Under the pieces are notes generated by a model, which made no database searches, was not told the origin of the DNA, and worked only from the letters and a program-made list of their open reading frames with translations. From Psammoneis japonica (lineage: Eukaryota), in the NCBI GenBank assembly GCA_008632985.1, contig QPGO01000186.1, positions 1-64,000 on the forward strand: a DNA stretch of 64,000 nucleotides. Reading direction: 5' to 3'. Positions 12,332-25,113 of this stretch are shown here, in pieces (the first letter of the stretch is position 1; each line of letters begins with the position of its first letter). Position numbers and translations under genes: made by a program.

Positions 12332-15300
12332 CTATTGCCAGACCCACATTTGCTCGTCCGACGAGTCACTACACGGCCACAAAAACAACGAGGGATCTCC
12401 TCCCCGGTTCTGACAAAAGGCTGGATTGGACGTTAAACGAATTTGCGTCTCTTGCAAGGTCCACCTTTGCATTCGACCATGACGCTCGCGGCCACACTCA
12501 TCCAAGACAAGTGTGGCACCATTGAAAACGACAAGGTCCTCCTCCCGTTCCACCGAAATGCACTTGTTGTAATCGAGACGACTATGAATGTAGCCATCGT
12601 CGTCCATGTGCCACAATTGATTGTCCGTGTCGTCTTTGCAAGTGCTCATGGTAATGGCGGTACCTCGGACATTGGATGAGACCTCTATGCATAGCCTTTC
12701 AGATGCGGATCGAATCGTTTTGAATAGCACGTCTGGTGTGGTCGACCCGGCAGTGGGTGAAAGGGTGGGAGGAGGCGTAACCGCAGGAGCAGGGGATGGC
12801 GCGTTTGTAGAGAAAGACTCGCCATGGAATACGACCTCCTCGTTTCCCGCACCATCAATAACAACGCCACGCCCAATCTCTTCAAAGCTGTGATGGATTT
12901 GAGCCTCGTCGCGAGATTTGAGCAGATTCTCATTGCTTTGTTCAAAGAAATCCACGGGGTCCACAAGACTTTTGGATGCAGGGAAAAACCGAGCATCCGC
13001 TGCATCGTAGCTGCCGTCCGAATCGGCATCATCATCGCTAAAGAGTGGTTCCATGGGAGAGCATTCGTTGCAAAGGACAGACATGGTCCAAGTTGTCTCT
13101 AGAAATCGCGCCCCATCCTCACTTTTCATATCTTGTCTTGTCAGTACGACTTGCTTTGCAAACCGTTGAAACATTTCATCGCAGCCAGGTGAAACTGTGT
13201 TATAAGCATCTGTAAAGAGTTGCTCTAAATGAGCGACTTCAGTGTGATTGATCTCTCTCGAGAGTCCGACCAAAGATACACGAAAAGATCCATTTTCAGA
13301 GCTGAGTGTCACGCCACACTGGTTGGATGAGGATGATTCGGCAGGAGATGCCCGCCGTCTGGTTTGGAACACAGCCACCAGCACGGCTCCCGTGATTGTA
13401 AAAATGCTACCAATAATCAAAATCAAAAGGACACGACTTGATGGCAATCTGCGCTTCTTCTGCATGGGTAGTTTGTGTGCTGATTTTGAGGGCGAAGCGG
13501 AGGGAGAGGATCGCACCACAGCTGCCGGTGAATCTCCAAGAACACTAAAATCGAGAGAAGAAGGAGATCCAGTGAGTGTACAAACAGTACAGCACTCACT
13601 TCTCGAAGCGACTACGACCTACCTTTCGCATGGCAATAGACTAGAAAGCAGAATCTGGTCAATTGGGAGAGAATCGTCATCTTGGTTGCTCTCTGCTTCG
13701 GTCGAAGAGGAAGAGAGATCGCATTGTAAAACTAGTTGGTGGCTGTCGCGTTTCTCAGGCTGATCAGAATCTCTAACGCACAGAGGAATCATACCTTCTG
13801 TTTCCTCCAACGTGCCGGAGGCACAGCTAGTAGACTCGTCGTTGCTGTGCTCTGAAAGAGAAGAGAGATCCACTTGATCGTTCTCGGGTGAGATGTTGAG
13901 TTCCACCCAAGGTGTCGAAGAGACTTCCTGCGGCTCATCGACAACGACGGATGTCTGCACATCAACATTGCATTCTTCGCAGCATTTCAGATCCTTCTCT
14001 CTGAGTGATTTCTCTTCAACGGTGCCATCGCTGGTGACCATATCAACACTGTTCTCAAACGTCTCAGAAGCAGTCACTCCTTGACGAGGATCAAACCTCG
14101 ATTCGTTCTCAAGAGGATGTGGACAATCGGATTGTGACCCGTTCATGCAGCCAGATACCGTTGAATCCGTTTCATTCAAACTTCCGAGCTCGGGCTTCAA
14201 GTCGGAAGAAGCTAAGCCTGGAGAATCCACGCACGTGACACATGCATTGCACTCGTGATCCGGGTTGACCTCATGATCCCTTTCCTTTATTGCCAAACCA
14301 AGTTCAAGATCTGGCTGAGAGTCCAAGCTGAGGCCAGAAGGAATCGCTGATATGTTCATCACCGTTACGTAATTGCTGTAGCTGTCTAGTGTCTCGCGTA
14401 TGTCTTCTTGATTAGATTTCAATGCCTCAGCAATGAATGCTCCTCCTCCGCCACCTCGCAGAGACTTTTCACAATCAGGCAATGGCGATTCAATTGCATG
14501 TGGAATCTCGAGCTTGGGCATGAGACAAAAAGACGCCGAGGGGAGAGAATCAGCGCCAGTATCACACGAGGCAATGTCCTTCTGAACCTTTGCAATGGAT
14601 CTTAAGCCAAGTTCAAGATCAGGCTCCGCGTCAAAGGCGATCTCCGAAGAAGGCGTCTCTGTACTAATCCCACCTGAGCCTTCACCGCAGCTATCACAAT
14701 AGGAACTGGAACTATCGGTTGTCGAAACTGATGCAGCTTTGGGAACTGTTACGGAGTCAAGCGACCTCGAAGACGATGTACTTAGATCCATAGAGCTGGA
14801 ATCAGTTGTTTCATCGATTGTTTCACTGCTCTCATCGGAACTGTACTGCAAGTAGGAAGACATTGGGGCTTCTGATCCCTCACTCACCAGCGATGATTTC
14901 GGAGCCAAAACAGCGTGTAACCAAGGAGCAATCAAGGCCTGTGATCTTTCGTCAACGGGTAGATCATAGCAGACCTGATACGCGTCGCTGCCGATTGTCA
15001 TTGTGGTTTCCTTCCCCGGCTTTGCGAAGCTTGATTGTTCGTACACAATTCGAGCTCTGGGAGAGAGCAACGTTCGAAGCCACTCTTCGTCACTCGTTGC
15101 GCCACACGAGCTGCTAGATTCACTATCAATGTCACTAACTTCATCTGGAGAGTCAGAAACTGTAGCAGATAGAGCTGAACACAGTTCAACATTTTCAGAG
15201 GAACTGTCACCCAACTTTTCATTATGTTGCTCCTTGCTGCTGACTTCGTAACAATGACTTTTGCCCACTTTCTCATTAGACTCCATGCCAATCGGGATAT

Positions 15301-16663
15301 GACTTGGAAAATTGCCATTCGATTCCCTGGCTGATTCATAGCAATCGCTCATGTCGACGCACGTTTCAGTTGAAACGACTCCAACCGAACACGTATTTCC
15401 AGCAACAACAGTACATGCTTCATCGTCAAATGTGTAGCATAATGCGACACAACGTTCTTCCTCTGCATTGTGTGGCCGAGAACTTGTCTCTAGTGATAGG
15501 CTTCTAGACTTGCTGTCGGTGATGAGAGAATCATCGGCGTTGTGTTTGGTAGACCCGAAACTTCTGTAAGAAGAAGTTGAGACAGAGCCTTCATCAATGC
15601 TAGAAGATTCAGTTTGAACGTCAAGTGGCAGTGGGGCAATTAAATTCCTCACCCACTCCACATCTCTATGCACGTCGCGTGCGGTCTCGTCATCAAAACC
15701 ATGCTCGTTTTCTGTTTGCATTTGAGCTTCACTCGAACCTTGACAACTCGTATCACTATTAGCTACCTCAAAAGTATCGTATCCTTGATACAGTGGCTTG
15801 ACCCTTGAAACCATCAAAGCTCGTATCCAATCTTCGTCATCAATTTCCGATTCTGATCCAAAAGTTTCAGATTCTGCTATGCTGGGGCGTCCAAGGCCAA
15901 TCACATCTGTATCCCTACAAGGCGAATCGACTCTACCCAACACTTCCTCCAGCAATCGGATTCGGGGAGCAAGGAAAGTTCGTAACCATTCTCCACTACT
16001 GCTGGGGCCTTCATTATGGGAGGAATCACTCTCAACGTCGCTGTCGCTAGGGCAATCGCGCCAAATTGATGAAGCCATGGAAAAGTCGTCCTTGTCGGTT
16101 GCTGAGGAAGCCGGCTGAGCTTGGACCACATATAGACGAGCATTGTGAGCAAAGTGACTATCTGGAAGCGTATCATTCTCAACTGCGGGTGACTCTTCAT
16201 CTTGCACTTCGCCACAACTTCGGGTTTGCTCACGAAACGTGCGAAATTCGAAGCCCACCCCTGTCGGCACCAAACATGTACTTTCATTGACGTCCGCCGT
16301 ACTATCATTTTCTTTGGTGGCTACGTATTGAACAGTCTCTCGAGAGGCACATGGGCTAGAAAAATCTGTTTTCGCCCTAAGGAGAACGAATAACGAGAAT
16401 GAGCAAGCGAAAAATGGTGAGACGTCCATCACCGTTCGCGCGAAACAAATGAGACGTTCCTACACGAACCTTTGACAACTTCGAGAGCAGTCCAAGAATG
16501 TGGAATCATCAACAGGCTTGAGGTCACAAGAAGTATCGCCACGGAGGACTTCGCCTGATTCACAAGACGCCATTTTGCCAACCCATGGTGGATATGTTGT
16601 TCGCTCGCCTTCGCCTTCAGCGCGTCGCGGGACCGCGAGCGAATTTAGAAATTTTGGGGTCAT
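12332..16663 (-). CDS. Large Ser/acidic-rich single-pass membrane protein with C-terminal ricin-B (beta-trefoil) lectin domain; exons 16663-16470, 16376-13623, 13544-12332
   Basis: Two GT-AG introns fuse three ORFs in frame (CQR|AKT and CES|VLGD). TM segment VLLILIIGSIFTITGAVLVAVF. QxW repeats NQLW, MQRW and EQMW with paired Cys. Confidence 0.75.
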
Positions 16664-17111
16664 TCACAAATTTGATACTACAAAATCTACTTGATTTTCA
16701 CCAAGAAAAGACATATGTTTTCCGTTCCATTCGCTTGTATGAATTTTGAACATAACTTTTCACGTTTGTGAGACAAAATGGACGATAAGTCATTTTGTCA
16801 TAGACATCGATGTCACTGAAATAAGTTTTATACAAGTCGTTAAATTCAAAATTTAAATCAATATGTTTAACATTCGGATACGAAGGAAATTGGTATAAAG
16901 TAAACCGTCAGCTGGTGACCGTTGTGTCGTTTTCGTTTCCAACCGGGACGATAAAACGAAAACGAAAACCCAAAAACGCAGCCATATCTTCTGTACATTG
17001 GCCATTGGCCGCCATTTCCATTTGACGCTGTGACGAAAGCTCCTGTCTTTGACGGCGATCGAATCATTCATTATAACAATCTTGACGGTCGCACCGCCTT
17101 GAATTTGAAAA

Positions 17112-17463
17112 ATGGTAGATCCAGCATATCATCTCCCGCTCGTCGTACTTGTAAGTCCATCAACACCGTATCCCGTCGCCATCCAAGGTGGCAATCGCAA
17201 TGAGCAATATTTCCCGCGTGCTAAGTTCTAAGGATATTGCGCATTTCTCTTTTCTTCAGGCGGGCGTTATTTTATTTTTGGGAGTGATTGTGTTCTCGCG
17301 TTTGTCATCGAAAAAGCCCGCAAAAGTTGAGAAGGCCGCGAAATCGACAGCTCCAAAAACACCAACAAGGAAGTCCACGAGACCAAAAGGGACCAATATG
17401 GGTAGCGTCGAGACTCCGGTGGGAAGGCGGTCAGCACGAATTGCTGGCCGGAAAGAAGACTAG
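17112..17463 (+). CDS. 80-aa protein with N-terminal TM helix and basic tail; exons 17112-17150, 17260-17463
   Basis: A GTAAGT...TTTCTTCAG intron gives MVDPAYHLPLVVL|AGVILFLGVIVFSRL, followed by a K/R/T/P-rich tail ending TPVGRRSARIAGRKED. Confidence 0.7.
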
Positions 17464-18410
17464 ATTCCTCGTGAATGTTTTGGGCTTGAAGATCATTGAA
17501 TTGTGTACGGTAGGGCTACTGTAGTTTGTTGGGGTATAATACTGTGAAAGTATTTGGGATTGTGTTTGAAGGTGCTACCACTGATTAATATCGAGGAATG
17601 TTTGGATCCTTTCTTTGTAACGGCGATTAGAAATACTCTGATACATCATTAAGTTAGCAGCCGATTGTGACCGGTGAAATTCAATGTTTCGTAGATGTGT
17701 CTTTGCTATACTCGTAACCTAGAAAACACACCAAAAGTACTTCCGCTACATCTAGTTATCTCTGAAGCATGCTGCTTTGCCTCTCTCCAAGAAGGCACTG
17801 AATCGACACGATTCCTCATTCGTCGGCATCCAGACGCATTGCTTTGCATCGAAGATAGAAAAGATCTTTGAGCAAGAAGGCGCAGGGTGGAAAACTGAGT
17901 GCGGGTGTAGAACGCTTGGGCTGTGCGATTAGAAGAAAACCGAAGGACTTATTGTTCAGGTACTAGGCCAATGTCATTCTCAATTCACTCTAGCTAGGGC
18001 TACAGTAGTACCGGTAGGACGGACCCGCCTGCTACATACAGTAGGAACCTCTAGCCCTACAGTAGAGCATTCAGCATTCACTCTAGCTAAAGGTTAGACT
18101 AGAGAGTATAGTAGTAGGCCTTTTATGTCGAAAAAAAAAGTAAAAAAAAGTGAGTGCGCCAGGTGGAAAGACGAACCAAGGACGAGCTTTGATCTCGTTT
18201 CGGGGGCGGGCGGGCGGCGGGTTTCGGTCGTGCGGCGCGGAAAAAAACAACGCGAGTGCGCGCGAGCCTCGAGCTTGCTTTCGCTTGTCGTCGACTGTCG
18301 ACGGACGAGAACAAGAACAACTGTCAAAACTCAAAACGAACAAAGAGACTGTATGGTATGCTAAGAACTCGCAAACGAAACCATAATTCAAAGAGAAAAG
18401 CAGAACAATC

Positions 18411-19386
18411 ATGTCATGCTGTTATGATAGTGCCAAATATGCACCGTTGGAGATGAGTGAAGAGGCATCTGCCGCAAGAAGAGGTGGAGGCGCTAACTGG
18501 GATCGATTTCCCAGTTCCCATCGGCGCTCACCGACGAACGAATCCGTACCGACCAACTCGATTCTTGTAAAGACAGGAGGAAATGCTTTGGCAGCAGTCG
18601 ACAAGAGCGTTGCATCTGATCCAGGAATCGCGTCAGGTGAGTTTGATAACGGAGCAGGGTTCTAGCGGAGTTGTGCAAGTGGTCCCACTTCCAATTTTTC
18701 GCTCATCACGATTGAAACTTCTTGTTCATCCAGTGACGGTCCCAGAAGGAGTAAAGCCAGGGCAGCAAATTTATGTGACGGCTCCAGACGGCAGTGGACG
18801 ATACGTGTCGGTAACAGTACCAGATCGATCTTTTCCTGGACATGTGTTTCTAGTAAGGTTTCCAACAATCGCTCCTCTCGTTGCGACGGGTGTGCCTGTG
18901 GAGAACGCCGACGAAGCGGTAAGGAACGCAGTTGTACCTGGGGAAGATGTCGGAATGGAGGAAGTCAAATTAACACAACAACCTGTGGAAGACGTCCATA
19001 AAACGGAACCATTGAACAGCCAGAATCAAAACTTGGTGTTGGTCCGAGTACCACCTGGAACAAGGCCTGGGGATAAGATTCGAACACAGGTTTCGCTGGG
19101 AGGACAATATGTTACAGTGGAAGCTGTTGTACCAGAAGGAAATGTTTCTCAATTCTACGTGCAGTTGCCACCACAAAATGTTGTCCCTGGCCATGAACCA
19201 CCACGTCCTGGACAGAGCGAACGAGTTTTGGTACAGGTCCCTCCAGGTGTCACAGCAGGTTCCACAATTCGTGTAGCGCTTCCTGGAGGGCGCATGATTG
19301 ACGCTGTTGTGCCCCAAGGGAATGTTTCACAGTTTTACGTGGAAGCACCAGATTCAGAAAACTATAACGTTCCGTCCATTGTGTAG
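18411..19386 (+). CDS. Protein with three VxVPxGxxPG-type repeat domains; exons 18411-18636, 18734-19386
   Basis: GTGAGT...CAG intron in frame. Repeats begin VTVPEGVKPG, VRVPPGTRPG and VQVPPGVTAG; the last two end VVP(E/Q)GNVSQFYV. Confidence 0.75.
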
Positions 19387-19544
19387 ACGAAGGACGAAGC
19401 TGTATCGGAACGCCTGGCGTCAATTGTTCAAAGCCCCATTGATTGAAGCTGTCCACGAATCATTCTTTTTGCATATCTCGAACAGCGGAATAATAGTTTT
19501 ATCGTTATGAAAAATCCTTTGTAGATTCGCGATAGCTGGTCTCG

Positions 19545-21536
19545 TTACGTTCGCCGTTGTTCCTCCACAAACAACTTTCTTAATTCTAGCGTTCTTGCGT
19601 CCGCTACTGTTGTGCAAGGAGTGAGTGTCCACACTTCCATGTTGGAAATATCGAATTCGCTCTTGTTTGAGGTCTGTCGACAAAGTCGTGGGTTTGCAAA
19701 TGTAGAAGAGGAATTCGTTTCGCCCCCAGCCAAATCACCATCAATCATGAGTCCAATACCCGATGGTTCCCCCTTGTGTGGACTGGCTTGTCCCCGTGCG
19801 GCCCAATCACCGCCGCCTACCGCCAGCGTCGTTCTTGTGCAAAACTGAACATAATTATCGTCGCCAGTGTAGGGATACACTTCCATTTCACGGTCAAACT
19901 CGTTTGGGTTTTTTTGGATAGCTTGTGGTGTAGCAAAACGTGACTTTTTCAATCTCCACAAAAACGACTCGCCACTCCCAAACCAACCCTTTCGTATTCG
20001 CCACGGTGATCCAGTAAACGAGCCAAACACATCCCCAGACGTTGTTTCGATACCAATAATGGTCCATGCTGACGCTCTGATACTATTTAACATTGTTTTT
20101 AAAGATGCACCCTTTGTGAGAAGCAAACGCAAGTCAAGATTGAACATGAGATAGAGCAAGAAAAGAAAACGGGTTCTCTCCGCGAAAGTCAAGTAACTTA
20201 CATCCCGGACAAGCGAGTACTTTAGCCAAAAGTTTTCTTCAGAGATGGAAAAAGGAAGGAAACCACGCAGCGCTTCCATGAGCAACGGCGACAACACGTG
20301 AGGCTTGGCGCTTTCGTCACTATAAGAAGTCCCAAGAATCCGGAATGGCCCAGACGACTCGCTCTGAAAAGTGGCCCATCCATCGAATCGGACCAAGTCA
20401 ACCTTTTTACCATTTGTCTCGCTCTCGAGCGGTTTACTTGGAGACTCGACAGATTCCTCTACCAACTGCGGTGTCTCTTGTTGTGTTGTTGTGTCGTCTT
20501 TACCGACTTCCCACCAGTTGTCTTCCCCTTGCGAAGAGCGACTCTTGGTTGACAATGGGATTGAAAACGGATCTTCATCATCAGAAAACAAATTACTACT
20601 TGCAGTCGACAAGGCTTCTAGTGTTGTTTCCGTTTTTGCCTTTTTCCCCCGTTTCAGTGCCGCAATCACATCCTCTTGTTCCTCAGCCTGAAACAAAGGA
20701 TCGGTCGTTAGAACATTTACAGCACTTTCCACATCCGAAAGTAAATCCAAATTGTCATCTGCTGTTTGAATCGACGTTACGAGACTGTCCAAAAAGCCGT
20801 GTTCCGATTCGCTCAAGACATTTTGTTTTTGAATGAGAGTTTCGTGCAACAAACGACACGCCTCGGTGTATTTGCCGCGTGACACGGCGTTTTTGCTTGC
20901 TTGCTTCACCGTCTTTTCCTTATGACTTTCTTGCGCCTCTGCTGTGGGTCCATCATTGTTGTAGCGCATTTCAATTTCGCTTTCCAATCGCATAAATCCT
21001 TCCGGTCTGTTGTCGGACTCATCGGTCGAACTTTCGTCCATAAAGTCTTCAAAATTATCCAAGTCGATGGGTGTGCTGCTCATGTTCTTGTTTGCACCGG
21101 CGGTTGGAGTTGCCACCACCTCCACTCCCGATGATTCCTCTTGTTGCGGATGATTCGGTGGTGTCAATTTACGCCCATGAGAGCGACCACGCAGCCATTC
21201 TACCGCCTGCTCATCCGAATCGACGTTTTTATTCTTTGTCGGAGTGCGAGGTGGGCTCTGACGCGAGATGCTACTTCCTGAAACTTCAACATCATCCGAA
21301 GAAACATCATTGTCTGGAGATTGAGCCATATTCTCGGATGCATACGTATCCGACGGTCGTCTCTTTTCAAACGATCGATTTCGCAGCCACTGAACAGCCT
21401 CCTTGTCGGAATCATCATCCTTTATTCCGCCGTCATCTGCTCGATCCATGCGCATCGACATGGGAGACGCTTTTTCATTGCTGTCGCCATGTTCCTTTTC
21501 CGTATCGGGTCGAGAAGAACAACAACCACAAACCAT
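19545..21536 (-). CDS. TLDc (OXR1-like) domain protein; probable in-frame intron 20201-20112
   Basis: WLKYSLVRD|GASL, IETTSGDVFGSF, WFGSGESFLW, LAVGGG, SSTFANPRL and MEVWTL motifs. Confidence 0.9.
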   Translation of the reverse strand: MVCGCCSSRPDTEKEHGDSNEKASPMSMRMDRADDGGIKDDDSDKEAVQWLRNRSFEKRRPSDTYASENMAQSPDNDVSSDDVEVSGSSISRQSPPRTPTKNKNVDSDEQAVEWLRGRSHGRKLTPPNHPQQEESSGVEVVATPTAGANKNMSSTPIDLDNFEDFMDESSTDESDNRPEGFMRLESEIEMRYNNDGPTAEAQESHKEKTVKQASKNAVSRGKYTEACRLLHETLIQKQNVLSESEHGFLDSLVTSIQTADDNLDLLSDVESAVNVLTTDPLFQAEEQEDVIAALKRGKKAKTETTLEALSTASSNLFSDDEDPFSIPLSTKSRSSQGEDNWWEVGKDDTTTQQETPQLVEESVESPSKPLESETNGKKVDLVRFDGWATFQSESSGPFRILGTSYSDESAKPHVLSPLLMEALRGFLPFSISEENFWLKYSLVRDVSYLTFAERTRFLFLLYLMFNLDLRLLLTKGASLKTMLNSIRASAWTIIGIETTSGDVFGSFTGSPWRIRKGWFGSGESFLWRLKKSRFATPQAIQKNPNEFDREMEVYPYTGDDNYVQFCTRTTLAVGGGDWAARGQASPHKGEPSGIGLMIDGDLAGGETNSSSTFANPRLCRQTSNKSEFDISNMEVWTLTPCTTVADARTLELRKLFVEEQRRT

Positions 21537-21910
21537 AATTTTGTTTCAAGAGACTTGTAAATTCGTAACAGGAGATGAAATGAAAACAGAGCGGTGTATG
21601 CGAAAAACCCAAAACGGCATTGTCTTTTTTTTTTGTTCAATTCGCTCTGACATCGCGTTCAACGCACATCGACTATATTCAATATATTCTAAGATATGTT
21701 ATATATAAATGATTATGAATATTTATGGATATGTATATGATGATTAATTCATCGGAATAGTGAAGGTCTTGCCGTTGTCCGAGAGTGGCGCGAGCGTCCG
21801 ACGACCGCGAAAATTTCGCGCCCCATTTTAATTTTTCCCGCCTTTCAGTGTTGTTGACAACGAGCCAAGTCGTAAGTCTGTGAAATCGTCAGAGTTAATT
21901 TCTCGTCATT

Positions 21911-22859
21911 ATGGTTTTGTTTATAATCGGCCTCGGTTTGGGAGATGAGCGGGACATTACGGTTCGTGGCCTGGAAGCGATTCAATCCTGTGATTTGGTA
22001 TTTTTGGAAGCATACACGTCGATTCTATGCGTTTCCAAAGAACGGCTCGAGGCCTACCACAAAAAGCCAATCACCGTTGCAGATCGAAACATGGTGGAGA
22101 GTGAAGCAGAACAAATTTATCAACCCGCCAAGTCACAAAACGTGGCGCTCCTCGTCGTGGGTGATCCCGTGTGTGCCACGACACACACCGACATTATGTT
22201 GAGAGCAAGACAAGAAGGAATTAAGGTTGAGTTAATTCACAATGCATCCGTCATGGGAGCAGCAGGGTGTTGTGGACTGCAGGTAGGTTTTGACTGATTC
22301 CATCTTTGGTGCGTACATCTTTCTCGCTTTCCCAAGCCTCATTCGTTTTTTGTGTGTCGTGCTTTTTCAGCTGTACAATTTTGGTCAAACCGTTTCCATA
22401 CCCTTTTTTGACGAAAAATGGCGTCCAACCTCGTTTTATCCGAAAATCAAATACAACCGTCTCGGTGGTATGCACACATTGTGTCTCTTGGATATTAAAG
22501 TCAAGGAACCTGACTTTGAAGCCATGACGCGAGGTCGAACCGTCTTTTTGCCACCACGATTCATGTCGGTCCAAACGGCGGCCGAGCAATTAATGGAAGC
22601 GGAAGAAACGCATGGAGAGTCTGCCTATGACCCCAAAACAACGCTATGTGTTGGATTGGCGCGATTGGGTCAGCCGACACAAAAAATAGTGGCGGGGACG
22701 CTGGAAGAATTGGCAACGACTGATTTTGGGGAACCACTTCATAGCTTGATTGTGTGCGGTGAGTTGCACGAGTTGGAATTGGAAGTTCTGAAAGAATATC
22801 TTATTGAGGGTTCCAGATACATAGTTGGTGCGGAGGAAGGTAATAAGTCCGAATCATGA
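21911..22859 (+). CDS. DPH5: Diphthine methyl ester synthase; intron 22283-22370
   Basis: LFIIGLGLGDERDITVRGLEA, FLEAYTS, LVVGDPVCATTHTD, LYNFGQTVSIPFF, HTLCLLDIKVKE and DFGEPLHSLI motifs. Confidence 0.97.
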
Positions 22860-23262
22860 TCATCCACAGGAAAGTTTACGTGTTCGAAAAAGTAGGTAAA
22901 TCGCATGTAACAAGGTTCAAAACTCTTCCGTCCGCCACAAGCGATAGTTACCCAACTTTTTCGCTGCCACGCTAGTATGACAGAGAGAATGCTTGGATAG
23001 AGTAGTGATTCTAACTGGGAGAGTTGTGATTCTACTCTACACCGGTAAACTTGAAACTGACCCTGATATCCATCCTGCTTTCGGACACGCTCACACAGAC
23101 AAGGCAATCACACCAATTCCCGCGCAAAACTCAAAAACATCAAAAATGAGAATCGCGAACCCAACAATGGTCCAATCTGAACGCAAAAACGCGTCGTTCC
23201 TCTCATCTGTTTGTCGCACAAGTCAGAGACATCGTGGAACTTCCGTTCCCTCTATTTCAGCA

Positions 23263-24099
23263 ATGAAGCTCATACGAGTATTGGTAGTTTCACTGTCGGC
23301 TCTGACAGTTTGTGGTGAGGAGTATTTGCCCATTTCCGAGAATTACGCAAAACGTACGCAACAACGAGAGGTGAAATGGAACGGGGAAAACACCCTCTTT
23401 CACGCAAACAAGATTCATGCTAGGTTTGGGCGCAAGGAGAGTGAATTGTCATTTCAGCTGGATGATAAAAATTACATTGAAGAGAATGCAACTACACCTA
23501 TCGGACAAGCAATATCTTTTTATTTCCAGGCAGAAGAACACGAGAAACCAAGTAGCGTTCGAATGTACTTTATTCGCCCAGACGAGGATTGGAGAAAAGA
23601 AGAGAATGAACTACAGTATGCTTGGAAGCTTAGTCAATCTTGGATGCCAAATGACAACCATGGAAGCGGCTGGATGTTCTGGAACGTTGAAGGATACGTG
23701 GACTCGGCCATTCAAGTGCCACACGACAATGCAGTTTTTGAATGTGACTATCTGGAGTTCAATTACAAACCTCGAATGTCAGATCAGACTCTAGGGGTCT
23801 TTATAGCTCATGAAGTGAGGATTGGGGCGTACTTGTCCGACAAGTACAGCGAGAAGGATTTGGTCTCGTACAACCCGTGCGGTAGTCGCGGTGACACCAC
23901 GTGCCAAGTTATTGATGGACTCGTCTCGTGCATTCCTAAAAACAAACGACACGAAACTGTTCTGGCGGTTGGTGGAGGGTTTGCCATTGTGTGTTGCCTG
24001 GTGGGTGTTTTAATATATTTCCTTCGGAGAGATGTGGAACGCCGGAGCACTCGGTACACAACGGTCTCTGCCGATCTCGAAGCGGCGGTTGAAGAGTGA
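23263..24099 (+). CDS. Type I membrane protein of unknown function
   Basis: Signal-like MKLIRVLVVSLSALTVCG, an uninterrupted ORF, C-terminal TM VLAVGGGFAIVCCLVGVLIYFL and a short tail. Confidence 0.7.
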   Translation: MKLIRVLVVSLSALTVCGEEYLPISENYAKRTQQREVKWNGENTLFHANKIHARFGRKESELSFQLDDKNYIEENATTPIGQAISFYFQAEEHEKPSSVRMYFIRPDEDWRKEENELQYAWKLSQSWMPNDNHGSGWMFWNVEGYVDSAIQVPHDNAVFECDYLEFNYKPRMSDQTLGVFIAHEVRIGAYLSDKYSEKDLVSYNPCGSRGDTTCQVIDGLVSCIPKNKRHETVLAVGGGFAIVCCLVGVLIYFLRRDVERRSTRYTTVSADLEAAVEE

Positions 24100-24286
24100 T
24101 CGAACGAGGAGAATTACAGTTAATCTTTTGAGGAAAGGCTTTGCGTTGTTAAATAACAATCATTACAAGACGATGTACCCTACAGAAACATAATTAGCAA
24201 CGAATCGCAGTGACCCATACAGGAGATAATAAAGCTTTCTGTAGTCGCTCTCTCTAGAGAGAGCCAATCTACGTCAACAGTTTGCT

Positions 24287-25113
24287 TCACCTGCCATAAT
24301 TAGGAACATAGGGAGCTGCTGTCGATGAAGGATACGATGATGTGTTTGTTACATATGGTTCATATGGTGCTGCTGTGGCAGAAGGATAGGATGAACCATT
24401 CGTTCCCAGGTTAATCTCCTGATCGGCGTATGATGCAGTCGCCATTGGAGCTGCAGCAGGAGGAGGCGCTGACGGACCATATGGGTTGTTGAATCCGGTT
24501 GCAAATCCATCATCATGAGTATTGTCGACAGGAGGAGGTGGTGAAGATGCTTGTGTCATGGGAGGAGTGTAAATGGGCGGTGCAGTTGTGGCTGGAGGAG
24601 GGGGACCTGATGCAAATTCGACTGTAAAGGTAGACCCAGGACCCATGCCAGGTGGGACGACAATCGCGTTCAGCTGCCCATCAGGCGCCTGTACGTGAAT
24701 TGTGTCCCCCGGGCTAACTCCCTCCGGAAGTGTCACCGAAATGTACTGTTTCCCACCGTCAACCGGTGCCGCAGCAGTGGAAGGCCCTTGATTCGGCTGA
24801 TTCTGTAGAACGAGTGCGTTTCCTCCGCCATAGGCAACAAAATGAGCTGTCGCCTCCGCGTGATTCCCGTCTATTTTGGTAAACTCACTCTGGGGCCTAC
24901 CGGAAAAAAAAGAAGTTAGAGCATTCAGAGACATGGGTGCTTCATATGCTGGCGACAACGAGAAGTTGTCAGTCCCCCTCAGAGTACTTACGGCATGTAG
25001 GGAGCGTTTTGCGGCCTGCGATTTCCAGGATACGATCCACCAAGCTTCTTCTTTTGTTTAGATTTCCCGGTCGAGGGATCGGTAACTACCTCAGTTGACG
25101 ATGAACATCCCAT
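24287..25113 (-). CDS. Predicted N-myristoylated Pro-rich protein with a VxLPxGxxPG domain; exons 25113-24992, 24896-24287
   Basis: MGCSSS start and an in-frame GTAAGT...TAG intron. ISVTLPEGVSPGDTIHVQAPDG...VVPPGMGPGSTFTVEF is followed by a P/Y-rich tail. Confidence 0.8.
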
